From positions 21,950-85,949 of IMG/VR virus record IMGVR_UViG_3300037067_009025: a stretch of DNA of 64,000 nt, one strand, 5' to 3'. This DNA comes from a virus. Lineage: Duplodnaviria > Caudoviricetes. Below are positions 26,773 through 36,607 of the stretch, one piece after another. Both the position numbers and the translations under genes were made by a program. The notes beneath the pieces were generated by a model, which saw only the letters and a program-made list of their open reading frames with translations, made no database searches and was not told the origin of the DNA. The stretch's first letter is position 1. Each line of letters opens with the position of its first letter.

Positions 26773-29364
26773 ATGGCTTTAAGATGTGAACAATGTCCAT
26801 TTCATAAGCAATCCCGCAGCGGTTTTCTGTGCACTAACTTTAATGAGGGCGTTGGTAAAAAGGACGCTAAAGTTATGTTGGTGTATGATGCCCCCTTCTC
26901 TTCTGATGTCTTATCAGATAGGTTTGCCTCTGATGACCAGTATAACACTCAGATGTCACTCTATTTGAGCAGACTGGGACTGAAGCTGGAAGATGTTTAT
27001 ACCACTTCTTTCGTGAAATGTTTTATTGCGGATAAGAAAAAGAAGCCCACAAAAGGTATCAAGCAGAAGTGCGTGGATTTATATCTTTCTCAGGAAATCA
27101 AAAACATTAAGCCAAAAGTAGTTATTCTTTGCGGGAGTATGGTAACAAAATGGTTTTTGCCTGAGTCTCAAACATTGTCCCAGATTGTGGGACAGTCGTT
27201 CTATTCCAATGAATATAAAACCTATTTTATTCCAATCTTCGATTTGTTTTATCTGGCGAATTTTCATAAGCAATCTATCCAGGCACGGAAGATGGACAAA
27301 GCCTTTGCTAAAGTCAGTGTTCTTTTGAACGGTAAAGAGACGAATCCGAATAAGCCCGAGAAGATTGTATACTTCAGCGATTGGGATAAGCTGAAGTCAT
27401 TAAAATCTGTGGTTACATGCGACGTTGAAACGACGGGTCTTGATGACTTTGAAGACCGCATTGTTACGGTGGGTGTAGGCGACAACGAAACCCGAGTAGT
27501 TTTTGATGTGTCCGATTGCTCTGGCTATCCAAAAATTCTTGCATTGCAAAAAGAAATGGATGCTGCACGCAAAGCCAATACAGACACAGAGGCTGAGAAT
27601 GAAGCAATAAAGGCTGGCAATAAAAATAAGAAAGCAAAAGATAAGCTCCCGTTTAAGTCTTTACCTTACACGGATGACTACATCGAAGAGCGACGCAAAA
27701 AGATAATTGAAGTGGTGGGTCAGACCTTCATACCACAAATTGTTGCCAAGATGGTTCCAGAATTAAAGAAGCGGAAACTGGTTTTCCAAAATGGTCTCTT
27801 TGATTTAAAGATGTTTCTACGTGATGGCTTTGATTTAACGGATAGTTTTGCTGGGGATACCCGTCTTCTCCAATATTTAATTGACCCACTTGGAGCCACG
27901 GCATTAGGTTTTATGGTGCAGCTTTATTACGGGGTCAATTATAAGGAAGCCATTGACCGTGGAAATATTCTTGACATGGATGGAGACGAACGTAAGTATT
28001 ATTGTAACGAGGATATTTTCTACACCTACAAGCTGTTCAGTGATTTGTATGCGAAGATTAAGGCCCAGGGCAGCGAGCTTGCTCACGGTATCAAAATCAA
28101 TCTGGCCAAAATTTTGGCGCATACAGAACGGCGAGGAATTAAAATTGATTTAAAGAAAGCCGACCAATTGGTTCAGTTTTATACCGAACAAAAAACAAAG
28201 ACTGAGAAAAAATTCAAGGACAAGTTTAGTCTGTCTCCCGAATTCAATTTGAACTCACCAAAACAATTGAGCAAATTGCTGTATGAAGATTTACAATTGC
28301 CTGTGTTGCGTAAGACGAAAGAAGGAAATCCGTCTACCGATGAATACGCAATCAATATGCTGGCAAGTCGAAGACCCTCCCTGGATGTTTTAGTGGATTA
28401 CAGAACCTTTAAGGGTCACATTGAGAAGTTGGAACTTTACAAACGAAACACAAGAGCAGATGGACGCCTGAGAACTCAATTTGATATGTTCGCTCAGGAT
28501 TCGGCCCGTCTTATGTCAAAGAAGCCGAATATCCAAAATGTTCCGAGGGATAGTCTTTACGGGATTTCTGCAAAAGACATTGAGAACTTTATGACCCAAT
28601 ATGGGTGGAAGCCCGATATTAAGGGAATCTTTGTTGCAGAGACTGGTTATTGTTTTGTGAAATATGATTACAAGGCCATTGAATTCCGTGTGTGGATTGA
28701 ACTGGCAAAAGACCCAAAGGGCACTGAATTTATTCAGAGTGGCCGTGATATTCACGCTTACATTGCCAGTCAGTTTTACCGTGAGGATGAAGCACTTTTC
28801 CTGGATAAGAAAAACGAACCGTATCAGGAAAAAAGAAACCGAGTTAAGGCTATCGTTTATGGTTCCATGTATGGCCGAACCCCCGAAGGTATCGTTAAAG
28901 AACACGGCGGGACAATTGAAGAAGCCGAACAGATTCAAAGAATTTTCTTCAGTATCTGTCGTGTTGGATACTTGTGGATGAAACAAGTTGAGCAGCAAGT
29001 TATGAAAGACCATCATTTGAAAACTCCTTTCGGGGCTCATCGAGTATTCCCTGATATTGAGTTGGCCATTGGTAATAAGAAGGATGAAATTCTCCGTGAA
29101 GCAAAATCATTTATTGTTCAAAGCTGGGCTGCGGAGCTTGGATTTATCGGGATGTCCCGAGTTTGGGCAAAGATTCGGGAATTGGGTCTGGATGCGTTTT
29201 ATGTTCACCAGATTCACGATGCAGGGATTATCGAGGTTAAAGTAGAACAGGCCGAAAAGCTACAAAAGATTGTCAAGACCTGTGCCACGAATCCCTACAG
29301 CAAAATGAAAATCCCGTTGGATGTTGATATGAAGGTTGGACATTCATGGGCTGAAGTTGGATAA
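26773..29364 (+). CDS. polA: Family A DNA polymerase with N-terminal uracil-DNA-glycosylase-like domain
   Basis: N-terminal CEQC...KC...C family-4-UDG-like pattern; ExoI DVETTG; motif A DYKAIEFR; motif B KAIVYGSMYG; motif C QIHDA. Confidence 0.92.
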   Translation: MALRCEQCPFHKQSRSGFLCTNFNEGVGKKDAKVMLVYDAPFSSDVLSDRFASDDQYNTQMSLYLSRLGLKLEDVYTTSFVKCFIADKKKKPTKGIKQKCVDLYLSQEIKNIKPKVVILCGSMVTKWFLPESQTLSQIVGQSFYSNEYKTYFIPIFDLFYLANFHKQSIQARKMDKAFAKVSVLLNGKETNPNKPEKIVYFSDWDKLKSLKSVVTCDVETTGLDDFEDRIVTVGVGDNETRVVFDVSDCSGYPKILALQKEMDAARKANTDTEAENEAIKAGNKNKKAKDKLPFKSLPYTDDYIEERRKKIIEVVGQTFIPQIVAKMVPELKKRKLVFQNGLFDLKMFLRDGFDLTDSFAGDTRLLQYLIDPLGATALGFMVQLYYGVNYKEAIDRGNILDMDGDERKYYCNEDIFYTYKLFSDLYAKIKAQGSELAHGIKINLAKILAHTERRGIKIDLKKADQLVQFYTEQKTKTEKKFKDKFSLSPEFNLNSPKQLSKLLYEDLQLPVLRKTKEGNPSTDEYAINMLASRRPSLDVLVDYRTFKGHIEKLELYKRNTRADGRLRTQFDMFAQDSARLMSKKPNIQNVPRDSLYGISAKDIENFMTQYGWKPDIKGIFVAETGYCFVKYDYKAIEFRVWIELAKDPKGTEFIQSGRDIHAYIASQFYREDEALFLDKKNEPYQEKRNRVKAIVYGSMYGRTPEGIVKEHGGTIEEAEQIQRIFFSICRVGYLWMKQVEQQVMKDHHLKTPFGAHRVFPDIELAIGNKKDEILREAKSFIVQSWAAELGFIGMSRVWAKIRELGLDAFYVHQIHDAGIIEVKVEQAEKLQKIVKTCATNPYSKMKIPLDVDMKVGHSWAEVG

Positions 29365-29375
29365 GGAGGAACAAA

Positions 29376-29618
29376 ATGAAAACCCTAATCGGACTGCTTC
29401 TAATTTTGGCAGGAATCGCTCTGGGCCTGTATGTGGGAATCTGGCTTTGTTTTATTGGCGGTATTGTGGACGTTATCAATGCCATCAAAACAACCCCAGT
29501 GCCTGCGTTACAAGTGGCCGTGGGTGTTGCCAAAGTTATTTTCAGCGGATTTTTAGGCCAGTTGAGTTTCTGGCTGTCTGCTGTTGTTGGGTTAGCATTT
29601 ATCCAATCGGATAATTAA
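29376..29618 (+). CDS. Small membrane protein
   Basis: Two hydrophobic segments; AAGGAGG RBS. Confidence 0.55.
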   Translation: MKTLIGLLLILAGIALGLYVGIWLCFIGGIVDVINAIKTTPVPALQVAVGVAKVIFSGFLGQLSFWLSAVVGLAFIQSDN

Positions 29619-29621
29619 AAC

Positions 29622-29650
29622 TTGACAACGCACATTTTTTGTGCTATACT
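29622..29650 (+). promoter_or_regulatory. Sigma70-type promoter (TTGACAACG class)
   Basis: TTGACA-17-TATACT with TGn. Confidence 0.8.
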
Positions 29651-29690
29651 TATAAAGTGAAAGGTTAAAACCTAAAAGGAGGAAGTAAAA

Positions 29691-30368
29691 ATGCAATTTC
29701 AATTACCGAATGGCCAGATGTTCGACACGGAAAATCCGTGCTGCCCGACCTGTGGCGGAGAAATGTGGGATAATCGGAATAACAAAAAGAATCCGAAACA
29801 GCCCGACTTCCGCTGCAAAGACCAAGAATGCAAGGGTGATAAGGGTTACCAGACAGGCGTCTATCTACCCAAAGCTAAGGGTAAAGCCCCTGCTCCTGCG
29901 CCCGCCAAGCCCGTGCCTGCTCAAACTGCGAAGCCCGCTGCTGCGCCTGTTGCGAGACCCGTGACGCCGACACCTGCCCCTGTGCAGAAGTCTGGTGGAA
30001 AAGGTGATTATGGCAATACTGTGCCTCCCTCTATGTATGGAGCCTGGGCCATGAATTTGGTTGTGGCTTTGGTGGCTAAGGACAAAGTTACGTCTGTAGC
30101 CGAGGGTATCGCTGCCTATAAAGAGGCTCTCAAGGGTGTTGGTGAGACCATCGAAGAGAATAAGAAGACCCTGGATGCCAGAACGCCGTTACCGCCTGCA
30201 CAGCAAGAGAGACAGGTTGCAAAGCCCGCTCCCGCTGCGCCAGTGGCCGAAACACCACAAGCTGCGTCTGAGCCCTTACCCGACCCGTTACAACAAATTG
30301 AACAGGATTTGGGGACTGCTGGCGTGGATGAAATTTCCGCCGAAGACTTGTCCAATTTGGACTTATAA
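29691..30368 (+). CDS. Zn-finger protein with acidic tail, possibly ssDNA-binding or recombination accessory
   Basis: CPTCGGEMWDNR...PDFRCKDQEC, Pro/Ala linkers, C-terminal DEISAEDLSNLDL; upstream of recA. Confidence 0.45.
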   Translation: MQFQLPNGQMFDTENPCCPTCGGEMWDNRNNKKNPKQPDFRCKDQECKGDKGYQTGVYLPKAKGKAPAPAPAKPVPAQTAKPAAAPVARPVTPTPAPVQKSGGKGDYGNTVPPSMYGAWAMNLVVALVAKDKVTSVAEGIAAYKEALKGVGETIEENKKTLDARTPLPPAQQERQVAKPAPAAPVAETPQAASEPLPDPLQQIEQDLGTAGVDEISAEDLSNLDL

Positions 30369-30462
30369 TCGCCGTTGGTGAGAATCCTATGACGGATGGG
30401 CCAACCCAGAGGCGCAACGTGGGCCTCTTTAGGATTTCATTAACGGTTTAAAGGAGAATACA

Positions 30463-31665
30463 ATGGGCAGAAAACCCAAGAAAAAAGAAGACCAGGCCCC
30501 AGTAACAGACCAGGCAACTCCCGAGGTTAAAACTGAAGTTGCCAGTTCAGAAACTGAGACTAAAAAGAAAAAAGCTCCCAAGACTGAATTGGAGCAGCTT
30601 CTTTCTCAGATGGAGTCTCAATTCGGGGAAGGCTGTATTGTGACCGCCGAAGAATTCTGTGAGGTTGTGAAGATGCCCACGGGAATCTTGTTGGAGGATA
30701 TTCTCCTACGTGGTGGCATTCCTGAATCCTGTATCGTTCTAAAATGTGGCGAGGAGAGTTCAGGAAAAACATTGTCTTCTCTTTATGAGGCTGCTGAGTT
30801 GACAAAGAAGGGTATCCCTGTTATGTTTGTGGATGCCGAGCATTCTTTTACGAAAGAATGGGCCATCAAATTAGGTAATGACCCGAAGCATTTTTATGTG
30901 GCCCAGCCCGCTGATTTGGAAAAGGCCGTGGATATTACCGATATTGCCGTCAGAAGTCGTAAATTTGGCATGGTAATTTTTGATTCATTGACTGCTGCTA
31001 TTCCGAAAGAAGCTGTGGAGAAATCGGCCTATGAAGTTCAAGTCGCATTACAGGCCAGAATCAATTCCAAGCTCTGTCAAAAAGTTACCGCAGGTTTGCA
31101 ACCCGAAAATCTGGAAGACCCCACCACGCATAATAAAACAAGAGTGATTTGGATTGCTCACTTGAAACAAAAGGTGGGAGTTGTTTATGGTAATCCAGAT
31201 ATTATTCCTGGCGGTAAGGCAATTCTTTTCCACTCGCATTACATTATGAAATATTCCAAAGGTGCTGTTTTAAAAAATGGGGATGACATCATTGGCCGTG
31301 AAATTAGAATTAAGATTGAGAAAGCCAAGTATTCCCGTCCTTTGGTTTCTGGGGTCACTGAATTTTTCTTCGAGCCTCCCAGAATCAATAACGCCAAGAC
31401 ACTCATAGTTTATTCCATGAACTTGGGACTCATTCGCAGAGTCAATAAAGAAGGCCAGGAACATGAGAAAGGCCAGTTTTATGTTTATGGTGATGTCACG
31501 GCAAAAGGTCAGGCGGAACTGGTTCAGATTTTGAAAGAGCGACCCGACCTGTTATCTAAACTGAAACAATCCATTATTGCGGGAGCCCAGAATGTTGAAA
31601 TCAAACCCGAAACAGAAGAAACCGAACCAAGCGGAACAACTGAAAAATCTGCGAAGACTGTTTAA
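30463..31665 (+). CDS. recA: RecA/UvsX-like recombinase
   Basis: Walker A GEESSGKT, FVDAEH, IFDSL, ALQAR, PGGKAI.F, IEKAK. Confidence 0.9.
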   Translation: MGRKPKKKEDQAPVTDQATPEVKTEVASSETETKKKKAPKTELEQLLSQMESQFGEGCIVTAEEFCEVVKMPTGILLEDILLRGGIPESCIVLKCGEESSGKTLSSLYEAAELTKKGIPVMFVDAEHSFTKEWAIKLGNDPKHFYVAQPADLEKAVDITDIAVRSRKFGMVIFDSLTAAIPKEAVEKSAYEVQVALQARINSKLCQKVTAGLQPENLEDPTTHNKTRVIWIAHLKQKVGVVYGNPDIIPGGKAILFHSHYIMKYSKGAVLKNGDDIIGREIRIKIEKAKYSRPLVSGVTEFFFEPPRINNAKTLIVYSMNLGLIRRVNKEGQEHEKGQFYVYGDVTAKGQAELVQILKERPDLLSKLKQSIIAGAQNVEIKPETEETEPSGTTEKSAKTV

Positions 31666-31947
31666 GTTTAATGCAGATGGAACTCCCGACATTTACTCTT
31701 ACGGAGTTTTTAAAGTTGGTGTTTCCTCTACGGAGATTGACGAATATCTTCAGGTTCGTCTGAACACCCTTAATATCAAGCGAGTTCGCCAGGCTGTCAA
31801 TGGAGCATTCTCGGGAAGCACTTGTCCTGTTGCTTCTTTTAATAGACAGTCTGTGTGCCTGTTTTATCGCCACGATGTGCAGCGATTCGCTGATTTGGTT
31901 ATTTCAAAAACGCCAACCTATTTTGATTAAAAGCGAGGTCAACCATT

Positions 31948-32913
31948 ATGAAAGAAAATCTCCTCAAAATCCTCAAGCTCTTCACGTTGTCAGTGATAAG
32001 TTTTTGCGCTGGCTTTATTATCCTATCAAGCATCTTCTATGTCCGCACCATTAAAGAAGAAATTGTTGTGGTTCAGGACATGGTGCTTGAACTTTACGAG
32101 GCTCAGGCTGCGATATATGCCAGTCAGAGTTATGTAATTATAGGACTGGAAGAAAATCTTGAGACCGCTAAAGCAGAGGCTATCAAAAATCGTGATGAAC
32201 TGGCTCAGACGATTTTGGGAGTTGAGACTACAGTCAATAATAAGATTTCCGTAACTGATGAGGCATCGAAAAATAGGGATACTGCCATTTTATCCGCTGT
32301 TGCCAAAGAGCTTCATCGGCCAGAATATAATGAATTGAAGAGTCACACAGTGATGATAATCGCTGAAGAAAAAGCTAATCCAGAACATGGTAGTTTGGGA
32401 ACTGGCGTCGTTATCAAAACCACAGAGTCTTACACATACATTGTGACCAATAAGCATGTTTGCGAGGGTGACGATGCTACTCGTTGTTATGTGTTTGACC
32501 CCGAGACTAAAGCTGAATATGCTGTTTCCATTGTAAAAAGACACAGCCAACATGATGTTCAGATTGTGAAAGTCAGTGGGACAATTCCTGATAAGACACC
32601 AGTAAAAGGAATCAAGGACGTTTCTCACCAACAAAAAGTCTATCTGGTTGGTCATTATCTGGGAAATAGTTTCTTCTATGCTGAGGGCGTTGTCGCTGGT
32701 TTTGCCAGAGAGAATGGAGATTTGGTTGTGGCTGCGCCTGCGGGCCCTGGTAATTCTGGGTCTGGGATTATTACGCAGGATGGTTACTTAACAGGAATCT
32801 TGTATGCAGGGAATGTTGTAGGTTCATTTCCCTTTATGACACTTGATTTAACACACAGTCTTTGCGTAAATTCTAAAGTGCTGAGATTGTTTTTGGTGGG
32901 TTATATCGAATGA
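31948..32913 (+). CDS. Membrane-anchored trypsin-like serine protease
   Basis: N-terminal TM helix and coiled coil; GTGVVI, TNKHV (His), HDVQIV (Asp), GNSGSG (Ser). Confidence 0.85.
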   Translation: MKENLLKILKLFTLSVISFCAGFIILSSIFYVRTIKEEIVVVQDMVLELYEAQAAIYASQSYVIIGLEENLETAKAEAIKNRDELAQTILGVETTVNNKISVTDEASKNRDTAILSAVAKELHRPEYNELKSHTVMIIAEEKANPEHGSLGTGVVIKTTESYTYIVTNKHVCEGDDATRCYVFDPETKAEYAVSIVKRHSQHDVQIVKVSGTIPDKTPVKGIKDVSHQQKVYLVGHYLGNSFFYAEGVVAGFARENGDLVVAAPAGPGNSGSGIITQDGYLTGILYAGNVVGSFPFMTLDLTHSLCVNSKVLRLFLVGYIE

Positions 32914-33173
32914 CACAAGAACAAATTTCAAAAAGAGCAATAGCTGTTCTTGAGGGGCTCGCTCTCCTTTGGGAGAATGGGCCGAAAACACTTCAACGGG
33001 CAGAACCAATGATGGATGCCGTCTATCGGTATTCGCATATAGCCCGTGGAGATTGTAAAAACCCGCACGCCGATTGGCTTATTGAAATGAATCAGGTATA
33101 TGAATCCTTTATTAAAGGTGGCCTGATTACGAGGTGTGATGATGGTAATCGGACTGAGACAGAGAACCATTGA
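32910..33173 (+). CDS. Hypothetical protein
   Basis: 87 aa overlapping the upstream stop. Confidence 0.5.
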   Translation: MTQEQISKRAIAVLEGLALLWENGPKTLQRAEPMMDAVYRYSHIARGDCKNPHADWLIEMNQVYESFIKGGLITRCDDGNRTETENH

Positions 33174-33278
33174 AAGACTGGCTCATCGTTATTGGATAAA
33201 AAATCCTAAACGGTCAGCCGAGGAGAACTGGAAGCTCGCAGAAAAGCTCCTCGCAAAACTTGAGAAGAGATACTGGAA

Positions 33279-33848
33279 ATGAAAATTCTTTGGTTTGATA
33301 GCGAAACGGGTGGTCTAAAACCCAAATTAAATCCAATCCTCACTCTCGCAGGAATTATAGAAGTCGGCGGGAAAGTGGTGGAAGAATTCTATTTTAAGAT
33401 TAAACCCTTTCATGGCCAGATTGTAGAAGACGGGGCCTTAAAGGTAAATGGGATTACTCGGGAAGAAATTGCCACCTTTGAAGAACCCAGAATTGTCCAC
33501 GACAAACTTAATGCAATCCTGGGAAAATATTGTAATAAGTTCGACCGCAATGATAAGTTTATTCCTGGTGGGCACAACGTGGGATTTGATATTGAACAGT
33601 TGATTGCTTTTTATGAATTAGCTGGTGATAAATATCTTTTTAGCTGGCTTGATTATCATAAATTTGACACAATGACATTGAGCCTTCTCTTGAAAAAGAA
33701 GGGCTGGATAGATGTGCCAAACGTGAAACTGGAAACAATGTGCCAGGCGTTTGGGATTCAGATTAAGGCGCATAATGCTCAAGAAGATATTCGGGCTACC
33801 AAACAGTTATGGGAAGCCATAGAAGGCCGTTTGGTATATAAACCTTGA
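33279..33848 (+). CDS. DEDDh 3'-5' exonuclease (DnaQ-like)
   Basis: FDSETGG, GHNVGFD, HNAQEDI. Confidence 0.9.
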   Translation: MKILWFDSETGGLKPKLNPILTLAGIIEVGGKVVEEFYFKIKPFHGQIVEDGALKVNGITREEIATFEEPRIVHDKLNAILGKYCNKFDRNDKFIPGGHNVGFDIEQLIAFYELAGDKYLFSWLDYHKFDTMTLSLLLKKKGWIDVPNVKLETMCQAFGIQIKAHNAQEDIRATKQLWEAIEGRLVYKP

Positions 33849-33873
33849 CAACGTAGGAAAGTTATGCTATACT
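33845..33873 (+). promoter_or_regulatory. Sigma70-type promoter (TTGACAACG class)
   Basis: TTGACA-17-TATACT with TGn. Confidence 0.8.
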
Positions 33874-33894
33874 TATATTAAAGAGGGTATTGAC

Positions 33895-34125
33895 ATGTTT
33901 CAGAAATCTACACCAGGCTATGAGTTGTTGCAGAAAGAACTTGATGATTTAGAACGTTCTGGTGTTACCTCTTTGCCCAGTTTAAACGCCTTTCTTGAAA
34001 AGAATCACCTCTTTATGACTAAGGCAGATTTGACTGAGCTTAAAAAGATTATGACGCAGAACAAGAAATGGAAGATGGTCTGCGTTTATGACAGACAAAT
34101 TGTTCGCAGAGGTAAGAAAAAATGA
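33895..34125 (+). CDS. Hypothetical protein
   Basis: 76 aa after the promoter. Confidence 0.5.
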   Translation: MFQKSTPGYELLQKELDDLERSGVTSLPSLNAFLEKNHLFMTKADLTELKKIMTQNKKWKMVCVYDRQIVRRGKKK

Positions 34126-34484
34126 TAGTTTGCTTAGTCCTATTCTTAATCGGTTTTGTGGAAGAGTTTATCGCCATTATCTATTATGGATTTGTCCGTA
34201 AAGGATGGAAGGGGCCATGCGCCTTCATGTCCATGTTGCGGAACGTGGTTTGGTTGATTGTTTCTGTGGGTATCTTTTCCAGTTTTTTGGAATCTGCTGA
34301 ATTGAAGGAACAGATTTCTGTCTTCTTGTTGCGGGCTGCCAGCCATACAGTTGGAATCGGTGTAGGCGATTATTGCAGCCTGTTAGTAGAACCTTACATT
34401 GATAAAGTAATTCTGAAACTATCCCGAAAAGGAAAGCGTAAGGTTAGGTTTCATATTAAAGGTTCGATGAAGAATGAGTTATAA
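34122..34484 (+). CDS. Membrane protein
   Basis: Two to three hydrophobic segments, basic C-terminus. Confidence 0.55.
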   Translation: MIVCLVLFLIGFVEEFIAIIYYGFVRKGWKGPCAFMSMLRNVVWLIVSVGIFSSFLESAELKEQISVFLLRAASHTVGIGVGDYCSLLVEPYIDKVILKLSRKGKRKVRFHIKGSMKNEL

Positions 34485-34506
34485 TGCCTAAAGGAGGCGA
34501 GTTTAA

Positions 34507-35073
34507 ATGAGACATTTTATTATGATTTTGTTGTTGTGCTTCTCTCTCACAGGATGTTCTCTGTTGCCAAAAATTACTTTTGACAAACCAGGAGTGACTC
34601 CGACAAGCACAGAAAAGTCGAACAAGAATGTTCGCTGTGCGGGCGAGTTAAAGTTGGCTGAGGATGGCACTGTTTTATATTGCTCAAAGGGTTATTATAA
34701 CAATGAGCAGAATTATAAACAGGCGGAGAGAAAATTCACCTTACAGGAACGCATTGCCAATTTTATCCGCAACTTAACTGGATGGGGATTTTGGATTCTG
34801 GTTCTCTTGTGTGTGTTTACCCCCTTCGGTGGTGCAATCGTTGGTGGTATCTTGAATAATATTTACGGTATCGGTGCCCGAGGGATGAAAATGCTGGTTA
34901 CGGGCATCCAAAATGGTAAGAAGTATGTCCGTGAAAACGGAACAAAATATACCGAAGCCGAAAGGGTTATCTATAATCAGGGTGCCAATGATATGTTGAC
35001 TGCCATTGCAGCCGAGACTACAGACCTGAAAGTGAAAAAACAAATTGCTCTTTTAAGAGCGGAGGTAGATTAA
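34507..35073 (+). CDS. Lipoprotein with internal TM segment(s)
   Basis: Lipobox LTGC at residues 14-17; hydrophobic WGFWILVLLCVFTPFGGAIVGGIL. Confidence 0.65.
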   Translation: MRHFIMILLLCFSLTGCSLLPKITFDKPGVTPTSTEKSNKNVRCAGELKLAEDGTVLYCSKGYYNNEQNYKQAERKFTLQERIANFIRNLTGWGFWILVLLCVFTPFGGAIVGGILNNIYGIGARGMKMLVTGIQNGKKYVRENGTKYTEAERVIYNQGANDMLTAIAAETTDLKVKKQIALLRAEVD

Positions 35074-35075
35074 AC

Positions 35076-35741
35076 ATGTTACAAAATCCTGATGCCAATA
35101 TCATAAAAAGCCAGGGTATTGATAGACCCTTCCTTTATGTCTATTTGGCTGGACGTATTGCGGGAGATTGTATTGACAAGTGTCTATCCTGGCGTCATCA
35201 AATTGTGGATTATTACCGCAATTATAAAGGCAAGGGAGCGTATCCTATTGTCTTTTTGGATGCCTTGAATTCTAAAGAGGCAGATAGTATTGACACTAAA
35301 GGTCTAACTTCAGCCATACCGCCCAATATGATTTATGATAAAGATTTGTTGAGCGTTGAGACAGCAGATGTTGTTGTGGCCAATATGGCCGATTATATGG
35401 ATGCGGGAATCGAAGAGCTTTTAAAAATCCCCAACCCCGATGAGTATAAAGAAGGTTCGGATTATCCCTATAAAGACTTTGATTTTTGCAAAGCCTTTTT
35501 TCAATTACAGGAACGTATTGTGAATCGGCGTCCTAATTGGGGAACGGATTCTGAGGTTTCTTGGGCCCTATATTTGAAAAAGCCATTGATTCTTATCGCC
35601 AGTTCGGATATTCAAAAATCCATGTTAGAAAAACATCCTTTTATGAAGAGAGCTTCCGTCATTGTGGGTTCTGCGGAAGAACTTCTGGATAAGAAATGGC
35701 TGAACATTCTTTACAAATCCATTTCAGGAGCGATTTATTAA
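35076..35741 (+). CDS. Nucleoside 2-deoxyribosyltransferase-like protein
   Basis: VYLAG, D...VETADVVVA, GT.SEV.WA...KP. Confidence 0.7.
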   Translation: MLQNPDANIIKSQGIDRPFLYVYLAGRIAGDCIDKCLSWRHQIVDYYRNYKGKGAYPIVFLDALNSKEADSIDTKGLTSAIPPNMIYDKDLLSVETADVVVANMADYMDAGIEELLKIPNPDEYKEGSDYPYKDFDFCKAFFQLQERIVNRRPNWGTDSEVSWALYLKKPLILIASSDIQKSMLEKHPFMKRASVIVGSAEELLDKKWLNILYKSISGAIY

Positions 35742-35743
35742 AC

Positions 35744-36607
35744 ATGAAAGTTCTTTGTCCTTCGCCCGAGTTTTATTATTCCCTTGCCAGAGAACATGCT
35801 TGGTATGATTATCTTATGCGGGGATTTAAGCAAATTGCTGAGGTCGAATATTCCTCGGGGCTCACGAAATTTGCTTCTAAGTTCTTTGATAAAAGTTTAT
35901 TGATGTTTGAGATTCAAGGGCGTAAAATCATTTATGATTATTCTGATTTTACAGGCAAACAAGTGCACGGAATAGATGACGCCGAATACTTTAAAGTTCA
36001 GGCCCTCCCCAAAGATGGCACTAAGCCTATTGGCCAAGTTGTAATGGATGTCTCATTCATGGATAAACTTATTCAACTGCGAGAAGTCAAAGACCAACGA
36101 GTTTATGATTATGATGTTGTTGGTTTGTTTCGGACAACGAATATGACTTGGAGATATAAAGCAGTTGAGATTGTCAACGCCAGACCTGATTGGCGAACTA
36201 TGTGCGGATTGCATGTAAATAATCTAACAGAAAATGTCCCTGAGCCATTAAAACGCAACCGCCTTAAGTATGATGCTTATTTGAATCTTCAAGTCAGGTC
36301 AAAATTGGTATTGGTATTTGCAGGTCTCGGTGGTAAAGCAGCCTTTAGCTGGCGATTAACTGAAGCCTTAGCAATGGGCTGTGCTGTGGTCACACATTTC
36401 CATGACACAGTTTTACCGAACCATAAGAAATTCCAGCAAGGTATCATTGAGGTAAGCCCAGACTTAAAAGATTTGGAGTCTGTTATTGAGCATTACCTAC
36501 AAAATGATGTCGAAAGAGAGCAAATAGCTCAAGTGGGCCGTGAGTATTTTGAGAAATATTTGGCTCCAAAGCAAATGGCTCAGAGACTAATCAAAGGGGC
36601 AAAATAA
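35744..36607 (+). CDS. Glycosyltransferase (GT-B, CgeB/Glyco_trans_1_2-like)
   Basis: C-terminal RLTEALAMGC...HYLQNDVEREQIAQVG. Confidence 0.75.
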   Translation: MKVLCPSPEFYYSLAREHAWYDYLMRGFKQIAEVEYSSGLTKFASKFFDKSLLMFEIQGRKIIYDYSDFTGKQVHGIDDAEYFKVQALPKDGTKPIGQVVMDVSFMDKLIQLREVKDQRVYDYDVVGLFRTTNMTWRYKAVEIVNARPDWRTMCGLHVNNLTENVPEPLKRNRLKYDAYLNLQVRSKLVLVFAGLGGKAAFSWRLTEALAMGCAVVTHFHDTVLPNHKKFQQGIIEVSPDLKDLESVIEHYLQNDVEREQIAQVGREYFEKYLAPKQMAQRLIKGAK

